From Tubulanus polymorphus (lineage: Eukaryota > Animalia > Nemertea): a stretch of 64,000 nt of DNA. The position numbers were made by a program, and so were the translations under genes. The notes beneath the pieces are model-generated. The model saw nothing but the letters and a program-made list of their open reading frames with translations, was not told the DNA's origin and ran no database searches. Below, one piece after another: positions 11,501 to 22,300 of the stretch. Position 1 is the first letter of the stretch. Each line of letters opens with the position of its first letter. The DNA is taken from NCBI RefSeq assembly GCF_964204645.1, contig NC_134028.1, positions 23,432,345 to 23,496,344 of the forward strand, in the 5' to 3' direction.

Positions 11501-13162
11501 TACCGAGATCATATTTTTACGACTATTCGTTTGTGTGCTATTTGCCACCAAAGATCGGTGGTTTACAGGCTTTTCTGAGTTATACATTTTTCATCTTTAT
11601 GTAGTTTTGGTACTATTCATAGAGCATACCCCCTAGAATAACTCTTTTTTCATTTCTCCTGATGATATTTTTCGTAACCTACAGACGCGGACAAGCTATG
11701 CACTGGTAACAGGTATCTGTCACCGACGGTGAAAGTCGGATGTCAAAAGACTTGCACATCTCTGGCAAATAAGAAAACTTGCAAAGGAGACATAGACGTT
11801 GGCTGCGACTGCCCGGAGGGATATCTATGGCATGGATACAATCGGACTTGCATTCCAGATAACAGCTGTGGTACGTTGCATAATAATTCCCTCGGTGAAA
11901 ATTCACTCCTCAATTTATACCTAATATCATCATGATTTCAAATTTTCTTCGTTTCTTTTTGTACAGGGGAACGTTGCGGTGTAAGTGGCCTCAGTAATCA
12001 TTCTTTGTTTGGTATTCAAAAACACTCGAATACTGGTATAATACTAGTAAGCGAAACTTAGATTTTATATATTCTCGATAGGAAAATGTCTGTGGCCCTG
12101 GCCTGAAATGCTTCCCTACATTCAACATTTGTGTAGCGTCAGGTAAGTAATCTTTGCTACTTATATAAATGCTTAACTTTACTTCATATTCTCAATAATG
12201 ACATTTGGACACAACATTTAAGTTGTGTCCAAATTAAGTTGTGTTAACTTTAATTTAAGTTGTGTTTACTTTTAAGCATTTGAGTCAAGTTAGGGGACCG
12301 TATATTTTGTTACCACCGAAAAGTAGCGATATTTTTTTCAGATTCTCGCTATTTTAAATGTGAATTTCAGATAGATAAATCATAGTATATATCTTATTTG
12401 GTTTATTTATAGTATATTGCGTCGATTAGTATCCTAATTTCCTAATTTAACCACGGACGGTGGCGCTACCTTTAAATTAACCAAATACGACAGAAATACC
12501 GCCATCTTGAACGTTTTACACAGAACAAAATAACATGTTTTCGGATCTACTTGGAGTCGCGGAGAAAAGGAAAGTAGCGAAAATAGGTCATAGTAGCGCT
12601 ACTTTTCTGCGTTAACGAAAAATTCGGTCCCGTTACGTGACAGGTATCTTGAGTCAAGTTAGGGGTCTTAGGTTTTCAGAGTATTAGTTTTTTCATAGAT
12701 GCCATACCTTGGACACCTATTGGTAAAGATATCGATACGCCTCTTGATCACCCAGAAAATCGTCCTGCCTGGCATTGGAAAGTCATTGAAGAGCGACGTA
12801 AAGAACGCCAGAAACAACTGCTGGAACTGGCAAAACGGGCTAAAGCAGCGGCGAATGGGGACAAAACTGCTGGTACTGCGACAGACGCTGCTAGTGTTAC
12901 TGCGAAAAGTACTGCTACTGGTACCGCCGCTGACACTTCTGCTGGTACGGTTCAAGCGAAGGAGACTGATGAACTGTTAAAGAAGGATCTAAGGCCCCTA
13001 TTCCCATGGTTGAAGCCGGTATTTCCCTTTTGGTCCATGCCGTTTGGTCTGCGTCCGCCTGTAAGCCAAACCGGTCGTAATCCATTCACTCGACATAACA
13101 TTGGGAATTTTATTAATGGCATATTCAATAGTTTCCCCCAAATCCCCAAAACGAAAGGTTGA
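8561..13162 (+). CDS. Secreted Cys-rich protein, ~726 aa: signal peptide - linker - TIL - VWD - C8-like - TIL - small 4-Cys module - Thr/Ala-rich and Pro/aromatic tail (mucin/zonadhesin/FCGBP-type D assembly)
   Basis: Exons 8561-8933, 9021-9212, 9509-9774, 10092-10423, 10967-11259, 11685-11870, 11967-11980, 12082-12142 and 12699-13162. All introns are GT-AG and the total is 2181 nt in frame. VWD motifs are CFCSGFGGLHYRTYDG and KLRGICGDCNDNPVDD. TIL motifs are GCxKTC...GCDCP(D/E)G.LW...C(V/I)P...C. Confidence 0.88.
10472..10721. repeat. Perfect 110-bp inverted repeat with a 30-bp spacer (intron 4 of the VWD gene)
   Basis: 10472-10581 is the exact reverse complement of 10612-10721. It sits in (AAT/GAT)n low-complexity sequence. 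Confidence 0.95.
12294..12631. mobile_element. MITE-like element with ~35-bp imperfect TIRs in the last intron of the VWD gene
   Basis: Left end gggaccgtatattttgttaccaccgaaaagtagcg matches the reverse complement of the right end, gggaccgaatttttcgttaacgcagaaaagtagcg. Confidence 0.7.
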
Positions 13163-13700
13163 AATCTTAAGAATTGTCATGTATATTCGGCTGTAATTAC
13201 ATTTTACTTAAGCTCCTCACAGTTGTGTATTTATTTTTGCTCTGAAGTTATTTTTCGACTATTCAACTTTGTAAGAGATAACTGTGGAACTGGTTCCAAG
13301 GACGTGATATTGACATGAAATACGAGTCGAAATTATAGTATTGCTGTTTGTCTACTAAGCCGCTCTCTTTGTTTCTGGATTTTATACCTAAAATTTACTC
13401 TCAATTTACTTATATTCGGTGGTATCACAATGAAAAGGAATTCCAGAATGACAAATAAACCTACTGTCCGTTGTGTAAACAACGAATTCTATATATTTGA
13501 ACGATCATAGTTTGTGTGGCTTTGGTCAAAGTAGAGGGGAATATCTTAGTATTATTTGTGATTATATCGATGGTAAGTTATTCGGGATTTTACACGAAAA
13601 TTCCATCTCATTTTCCTTCGAAAAAATAGATAATTCATAGTTGCATTAGCGCTTTCGTTAATATCATAGGTCGACAAGGAAAGGAACAGAAACCAACGCG

Positions 13701-14648
13701 ATGCCTCAGGCGCATTTGAACCAGAAATTATCACGCGCTAATTTACTCTGTCCGACCGGGCGGGGTTCGGTGCTCCAGGAAACGGTCGATTTCAGTCTTG
13801 GCGCCCGACAGCGCGCGAAGAGAGTGTCCGAATTAGAACAAGAACGATTGACTTCAATTTTCGGAATGATTAACAGGAAACACCGCGCCAACGTGTCGGT
13901 TATTGATAAGAAAATGAAAAGATTACGACAAGCTATGACGGAAACTGACGTCTACAGGGATTTATTAAATAATGATTTTCGATACGATACTTTCACCACT
14001 CGACTTGATCCGAGGAAAAATACAGACGTCGTCGACGACATCGCTAAACACCGCATGTCCTTAGAGTCGAAAATATTAACCAGTGGATTTTCGATACAAT
14101 TACTCAGGCGCGAGATTGAACAGAAATTGAAAAATCGAAGTCCAGAAATTGCGAAGAAGGCCATGCTCGCGATTCGCCTGAGGGAAAGCCAACTAAAGAG
14201 TAACATTATGATAAATCGCCAAGCGCCGCTGGATACAGCCATCCGACAGATGAAAAATGCATACACGATCATAGATAATGTTCTGGCCGTGCGATCACAA
14301 ACTTCGAAGGTTCTACCGCTAGCGAAGCAGCAATGCTACGTAAAGCCCCCTACAGTAATTACCACTAGTGGCGAGGCCCGGTCGAAAAAAAATCCACGCG
14401 CGGATATCGAGAACGACGACTCGATGTCAAATGAGGAATCATCGATTACAAAAGAAAAGCACAAGATGAAAACGGGACGATCCCGAGTTGGCGTCGATTG
14501 TATTGACGGTGATCGTACAGATTTGGCGCTGGAAATAGTCGCCAAGGAGAACAGCACCAGCCATCTACCAATAAAGACTAACATTCGCAGGAAGATCAAC
14601 TCAAAATCTGCCTCAGATATGCCATCAGTTCCCGAGGAATGCGCTTAA
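13701..14648 (+). CDS. Uncharacterised 315-aa basic protein with a helical/coiled-coil N-half and a low-complexity C-half
   Basis: 948-nt ORF starting at ATG, with charged helical segments (QRAKRVSELEQERLTSIF...KKMKRLRQAM). A candidate 5'UTR intron spans 13573..13669. ATTAAA occurs at ~14767 and 14811. Confidence 0.8.
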   Translation: MPQAHLNQKLSRANLLCPTGRGSVLQETVDFSLGARQRAKRVSELEQERLTSIFGMINRKHRANVSVIDKKMKRLRQAMTETDVYRDLLNNDFRYDTFTTRLDPRKNTDVVDDIAKHRMSLESKILTSGFSIQLLRREIEQKLKNRSPEIAKKAMLAIRLRESQLKSNIMINRQAPLDTAIRQMKNAYTIIDNVLAVRSQTSKVLPLAKQQCYVKPPTVITTSGEARSKKNPRADIENDDSMSNEESSITKEKHKMKTGRSRVGVDCIDGDRTDLALEIVAKENSTSHLPIKTNIRRKINSKSASDMPSVPEECA

Positions 14649-15599
14649 ACTTGTTGAGCTTCCGTTACGAAATCGAGGGTTGTTGAAATGTAAGATATTT
14701 TTGTATCACCCAACCGAAATGGCCATTACTAGTTTATTAGTAGTACGACGTTTGACTAGATTGCGTATTAAAGCCATACAAGAATTAACGATATGAGACC
14801 GTTATTTTGCATTAAACCTATTACATAGAAATCAACTGTCATAACAATTACTACGTAATAATTCAGAGAAAGGGCTGCGTAATGGGAGGAGGAATTGATC
14901 GGTGATCGGGATAATTGAAGATCACGAGAATGTGCTCAATGAAGTTGTCTTAGTAGAAAAAAAACCAACGGCCAGGATTCAATGTCCATCTGATGGCGTA
15001 GTCGGTAAAACGGATGAAGAACGATGTTTTTCCTTGCATTTCCCAATCGTCTCGGCTTCCTTTCATCTGTGATTAAGTTAATGAATAATAACAAGAAGTA
15101 CTCGAAAGACTACTAACATATTCCAAATCGAAGCCCTCGCAAAAATGTGGATAATCAGAATAGACCTAAGACATATTTTTCGATACTACTGTAATGCGGT
15201 CGTTGTAAGTATACGGTATAGCTATTTGACATTGGAAAGCGGAAATTGATGACAGGTAAATATCACGATAAATGATACAAATTAGGCTGGTAGAAAAGTA
15301 AACACTCGTCTAATATTCTGTGCACATCTTCGTGACAAGAAGCGTGTATCGCGGTGAAATAGCTGCTGTGAAAACTATATGCTTTTAGCCAATAAGATAA
15401 TTAGCACTGGCATATAGCGAATCTCTAGCTGAATTTATGCGACGTAAGTGCCGTCAGACGTCCAGGCAGCTTGCGTTCTTATTATGTTCCATTACGGCAC
15501 CGTCTTCAACGTATTCCAACTTGATCATTAATTATTACCTGCGTGCCCGCGAGGTAAACGAGGAGTCCACTAGGCCGCCGTCGAGGCTCATTCAGAAAT

Positions 15600-15641
15600 G
15601 CTGCCGCTGCTGCCGCCGCCGCCGCCGCCGCCGCCGCTGCT
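15600..15641. repeat. (GCC/GCT)n trinucleotide microsatellite
   Basis: gctgccgctgctgccgccgccgccgccgccgccgccgctgct in an AT-rich context. Confidence 0.9.
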
Positions 15642-18600
15642 CCAGTCCATTATGAGGCGTCCGACCTCTATAGGCTGCCGTGCAGTCCACCCTGAATAAA
15701 TACAGTGTGGAATCAATTTCAAAGAGTATGTATATGTATAATAAAAACCATTAGAATTTCAATATGATGTTTTTTTTTATAAATGTTTTTTATCGAGGAA
15801 TATTCCTTGCGAGGAATTTTACTTACGTTCAATTGATTTAGAACATATCGACCATCCGATCTACACAATAGTACTGAAGTGTTATCTTTTCCAGACGAGT
15901 GTGGATTTTATGAATTCGGACCCAAATCCTGGTCGTCGTATCTACGATCAGCAACTTTAATCGAAGAGGCCTGGGGGTGACTGATACAGATAAATACGAC
16001 CAAACGGATGGTGCTTACTATGACCTGATCACTTGCTCGACAACAAGTCTACCAATTAATGTAGCGCATATTGAGTTGTTTTCGTCAAAAGCAGTGTTTG
16101 TTAAGGCTTTAATTGCTTCTTCGTGCCAAGAAGGTAATGCGTATTTAGAGTTGCGGAAAAATCGAGCTCTCAATCATTCAATTATATCTCAGGTTTCTGC
16201 TAAGACGATCATCTGCGCGTGTTTAAGTATCACCTTTTGTCGAATTCAACCGCGCTGCTGAAATGAAATATATTCTAAAACTTCCCGAATAAATTCAGGA
16301 TAAAGCCAGGTCATCGCCTATTTGAAAGAACAGTTCGTGGCGTATTGCGTATTGATGTATTTGAATCGTATCTACTAGCTACCCCCATTATCCGCTGCGA
16401 TTGCTTGTTGCTTCATAAGAGTCTGAGGAAAAAAGGAACACGATTGGAATTCATAACGTCTTGGGCGAGCATAGGTAGTTAGAAGAACCACCCAGCGATA
16501 CTAGATTACAGCAAGGCGCCTGAATCTGATGTCGCAACAGGTATTATCTGCATCTGCTTGTTCGGGATAATTCTTACATCAAAACCTTGACGGTGCGCTA
16601 CACGATAATCCTTCTCTCGCTTCAAAAGGACATCCAGCACTTTGTCTTATTACGACTTATCCTTTTCAGCTGACCACGTATAACAGTAGCCCGTGGCTTG
16701 ATATTTGGTATTTGCTATGTGACCGTTCTTTATAGCTCATATAATCGAATTCATTCTCTGTTGGATGAAGAAATTGCTTCCATCGTGTGCGTCTACTGCC
16801 TAACAACTCATTATTCGTGTAGCCACCACGAATGCCATTTGTATTACATCCAGACTAATTTGGCTAACTACGCTTTCTTACGGTAGACTACTCCTTGGCT
16901 CTCTTTACTTTTTCTGGAAAATAAAAATACACCCAAGCAGAATAGAATTACTTAGATTCGCTAAGGATCGGATTCGCCTTTGAAATATCTCTATTTGGAT
17001 ATCGTATAAGTGAAAAAAAAGAATATGGCTGAAAGATAACTTCGCTTCTAATGGTGCATCTAATCGAATATCATAGCGGTGTAGTTATCACTTACGCGGC
17101 CGAGTCCTTCAAACTTGCGTCGTCTCTTTAGCAGCCGCGAAGATTAGATTGTGACGTCACAACCTGTGTCTGGATATACGCGCAGGATCGGCTTTGTTGT
17201 CAAACAAAATGAGATTTATTTCGGGATCTTCTTCTTGGAAATGTGGCAACTTTTGGATAAAAATGGAAAGCCTCTTGGGACACTCCTCTATTTGTATTTA
17301 TAAGGCTGAAAGTTGCCCGTTATTGGATTACTGACTCGTGCGTGTTGCACCATAACAGCCTAGATAGGTTTATGTAAAAATTGGATGATAAACAAATCTA
17401 TATCATATATCGCAAATAACGATGCGACAGGTTTTTTCGGACTATCCGGAGCAATTCTTTCTGCCAGATGGTTAATGGGTGATACCGGCCTAACCCCACA
17501 TTAACATCTGTTTTATTGTGTTGTATAATGGACGTTTGTCAACTTTCGTAGGAAAGAAAATACATCACCTTAATAGATTTTCAGTACCAATTGTAATAAT
17601 GTATACGCGTTGTGGGTGACTGTATTAACAGGAATTTTAAGGCATAGAACCATATATCTCGAGGTTAATTGCATTTCATCTAGAAGGAGGAAAACGTGAC
17701 TCTGAGCATTTCGTTAATGACTTGCCGAAGATTAAAGCGGAAAAGGATATATAATTCATATTAAAGGATATTGTTGTCTTTATGCGCACGGCGCGGGAAC
17801 ACCCGCGATAACTTTTGAATCAATCACGGATGAAATGTAACCGATGGGCTCTCGTCGTTAATGCGGCATTTCGTGACATTTCCCAAAGGCAGCCGCAATA
17901 TACGTATATTCTATTGAAGACGTGGTACGATCGACGTATATCTACTCTTGACGATAGTCTGGCTTTAAAACCGATTACTTTTAAGTGAGATGCAGAATTC
18001 GAGCGTATTCGCTGAAAACGGGTAAAAATTCGCTTATAATAAACTGGTTCTCTGAATCCTAACTAGTATCATCTTTATATAGACCGATTTTTAACGACAT
18101 TTGTTCTATCTTTCATTTTCTTCGGCGGATACATACAGTTGCCAGACGTTCACTTGCATCTAATTGGTTTCATTTCTGCGAAAAGGGACCGAATCTGCCG
18201 ACTGCAATGCGCTACTTCATTGACGTCACCTTTATGGCGAAAACCGAAAAGCCATAGAAAACCTCGTTGTATATTTTCGTTGACAAGTTTATAAAATGCC
18301 ATCGATTACCAATCCACGCGAGTTACATTTCGTAAATTTAACACCCTATGCTCGATAACTATTAGTTCATATTAGTCTGTCTAAAAGGACCGACAACATA
18401 AGGAATCAAAAGAAATGTTTTACATATTTCCAAACTATGTTCGGTGATTCGTATCTGATGTAACCCCCAATACGACGAGATAAACCGTCTTACAGTTACC
18501 ACATGAGATCGCGTGTATCGACCCTTTCTGCCCATATCATGAATGTATCAAGGGGATGAAAATCCGGTAGGTATTTACTGCGGTATCTGTCCGATTCATC

Positions 18601-18944
18601 CGCTAGCGGGCTCCTCGCCGTCGTAATAAATCATTTGCTTGGAGTTGGACTCGACGCCGAGTGAAGCGCAGCCACGGACGGACGCTCTGTTGTTCTCGGT
18701 ACTGCTTGAGCTCGCCAGTGTTCATCAGTCGTGTCTCAGATGGCAAATCGGCGCTTTGGAGCTTCGTGTAACAGATTCCGCGCAAACTTACTGGAAACTG
18801 CAATAAACTTGTAGTCATTAGGGATCTACGAAACTCAACCGTATCGTAATCAGACCGCTCTGTGGCGTAATACGATGGACCAAAAATGAATCAAATCGGA
18901 CAAAACTTACGCTTCATACTGTTCTAATAAATTTCTGAATAAAA

Positions 18945-19323
18945 ATGGCGCTGAACGAAGCCGAATTCGATTGCCGGCTTTTCGAATTCGTGAATATATC
19001 CAGAGATGGATGTGTGCCGTACTTCGACTTGTCCGACCAACCGTATCCGAGCACAATGGAGCCGTTACCACCGTGGGAAACCGCATTTAAGATAATCGTA
19101 TATTTGTTTTTGATTCCTTTTTCATTTTTCGGAAATATCATCGTCGTTTGTATAGTGATCTTTAATAAAAACATGCGCGGCACAACTAACATTTACATCG
19201 CGAATTTGGCTCTCGGGGATTTTCTGATGGCATGTTGTCCGATGTGGGTGAATTTAGTGGAGGGCATAACTCGTCAGTGGAACCTCGGAGAAACGATCTG
19301 CAAAATATTCCCGTTCGTACAAG
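18945..19323 (+). CDS. GPCR paralogue 1 exon 1 (N-terminus, TM1, TM2, start of TM3)
   Basis: ATG at 18945; donor CAAG|GTAAGT; phase 1. Confidence 0.93.
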
Positions 19324-22300
19324 GTAAGTTACGCGTTACGAGTTTTTACTTAGAAACTAATTAACATTAGATGACTATATTCTATCGGAAAAAATCGTGC
19401 GGATGAATGAATATGAACCGACCAGAAAAAAATGAATTCGGTGAAATTACTATTTGAGTCGATGCAACTTTTTTTATGATCCATCGATATCAAACGGGAC
19501 TGGCTCCGCAGCTGTCAGTTGAATTCGACTCTAAAGTGGAAACAAGTTGATTTTCCAATTTTTTCACATAGAGTCAAATTCCAACTGGCAACAATTGAAC
19601 TGGATCCTCTGGTGTGTTTTATGTACATTTTTAACTTTTGCTCCTCTTAGTTAACAATGAACTGATTTCTGTACGGACAGCGCACAAGACTTCTTCAGCG
19701 AAATTATAATTTTTAGAAAACTCTAATTTCGTCTCTTGAGAGCACCGTCTCCGGCGTAACATTTCAACGTTGACAACCGGCGAGAATTGAACAAATGATA
19801 AGATTCATTTGCCTTTTTTACGAATCTAATATCCCCATTGGGACCAATATCCTGAGACAATTTAAAAGTGACGAACTTTTTTCCGGACCATCGATCTGTA
19901 TCTCGACATTTCGTCTGAAATTCGATCATTGTTTTCCGCAAAGCGAGGCTCTCAGATTATTTCGCCGCTACGACGTCGGCCGAAGACGGCGCGAAAGCCA
20001 TTAGAATTACGTGATTTTGAAGCGGTTGTGTTTCGTAACCTATTCTACGACTAGAAAAAGTGTCAGAGCTTTCGAATCGGCAAGAAGAAGTAGACACTCG
20101 ACGAGTCGGAGTACCTGCCATGGTTAGATTAAATATTGATGTTAAGCGCTTTTTCTAGAAGCGAATTTAACAAGCTGCAGATTAAGTTCCGCTACTCAAT
20201 TCCACGCAATCCAAACTCTATATTTCACTCGTCGTGCGCCTATTTCGCCATCGCATAGATTTACACGTTTCACCATTTGTGCGAAACGCAATACTCCAAC
20301 ATTTCAATTAGTGAAACATCAGCGTGTGGATCGGTGCTGTGATTCGCGAGTGTTTTAACACGAGCAATGACACGAACAGCTGCTCGGATATTAATCCCCG
20401 TATTTATCAAAAATGCACGCTTTTATTAGGCAGTTTGAAAAATAGCATCTAAACCGACGCGAATTTCGTCGACTCAGTGTCAGTACGGTATGATAGAACG
20501 CTATGCAATCTAGAAATGTAGATACTTCCACGAATTCATTCTAAACTCATTTGTTTCAATAAAAGTATCAGTAATTTTCTATTTACATATACATTTATGG
20601 TTTGGGGTTAGTTTAAATTGGGTTAGAATATTTGTCTTATTTTTCGCGAGCAACCGTAGATGATTTATTTCGACCAGACGCGTTATTCATCATAGGCGAA
20701 TTCATCTCGGAAAGTCAACAGGTAGCATTGATCCACTAAAAGCGGTATTAGCTCCGCACTGACTAGCCTTGGTTGCAAATTACGCGATTGGATGAATCAA
20801 GTAAATCGAAGGATTGCCTTACAGAATTGCTACGATTCTTTACGATTCGGACGACGAAAGGACGTTTCTGACAAAGGCCTGTACCTACCCCACACACCCC
20901 TGCATAATAAATGTTACTCATCTTTAATTTTGAAATATTATCAAGCCGTAATAACACCTACAACTAATACAACATAATACATGTGTATTGAATTTGTTCC
21001 TTTATCTGGACCTTTTTATCAATCGGACTCACTCAAAGGCCATGTCAGGGCATCAAATTTTCAAAATTTACGTAGACCGCCGTTCAGCGCCAGACAAATA
21101 ACAAACGCACGAGTAAATTCCTGATGCTACGGGCAGGTGAATCGTAGTCGATCCTTAAGAACATCAACATAATTCTCCTTGACGTTATACAATTGAAGCC
21201 TCGCTAATAAATCTAATTATGAATCGTTATTAAAATGGTTCTATAGCCTTAAGGTATTCGCGTAGAACGAGCAGTGGGTTTTCTATTTCAATACGGGAAT
21301 CATCTCGAAGGTAAAAATAGACACCTCCAGTTGCAAGTCCGTCAAAATGTCAATCGTTGATTGATCGATTCTGTTCTCGTTATAATTGAATTGAACGCGC
21401 CAAGGGAAGTGAAAATCACGAGTTGAAAGGAACCAGAAATCTTCGTTTAGCTGACGACGACGATCTCAGAATTATGCGCAGTAGTTTTCGCTTGGCCAAC
21501 CACTAGATTCTACATTCAACATTCGTAATTTATTTCTGAACTAAATATGAAGTTAAATAAATCAGGGCCCGGTTTTATAGACTGGCATTATTTTTTAGCC
21601 AGGGGTTAACTCAATTGATAATGAATTAGGCAGGCCCGGGTTTAAGTTGATACTAGTTTCTAAAACTGGGCTTTGGTCAGGATTTAGACAAATCGCTAAG
21701 ACAATTTTCAAACCTCTTATGCACTAGATATCGAGCTGAAACAAAACTCTAAGAATTGAGTTGTTTTCTATCGGCGCTTTCCTTCCAATAGGTTATGTTA
21801 CTGATTAAGCACAAAAACGCGTTCGTTATTTTTTGTGGTTCGTAAATGAAACATTTTGCATATCTTCAGACTCTCTCTCGTTTGATTCGATTTAAACTTT
21901 CAAATGTGTTTGTTGTAAGAATTCGCCGTGAACGAAGATGATTAGATAATGTTGCGCGGAGGCGGTTGGAAAATTCATACAGCATGCCATCATACATGTA
22001 AGAATAAATGACAATATTTCATAATTTTTTTTTCTAGTCCTTGGATCGATCGCACGCCTTAAAAAACGCTGCCAATTGCTTATTTATTCATATTAAAAGC
22101 TTCGTTTGAGGTTGAACCTGCTACATGTATATCACTATACAACACGGATTTTCGTAGTAAAAACCACCAATACGAGAATGAAAAGAACTTCGCTAATGGA
22201 ATGCGTAACTATTTGCAAATATTGACGGATTCTCAACAAGAATACCGCAGAGAGTGTTTCATCGCTTGAACTAACGAGTGTTCGAGAGTATGACATCATT

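Noticed and set aside
12699-12980. 93-aa Leu-rich ORF starting MPYLGH
   Set aside because: It is an alternative frame of the last VWD exon. The splice phase selects the DAIPWTP... frame.
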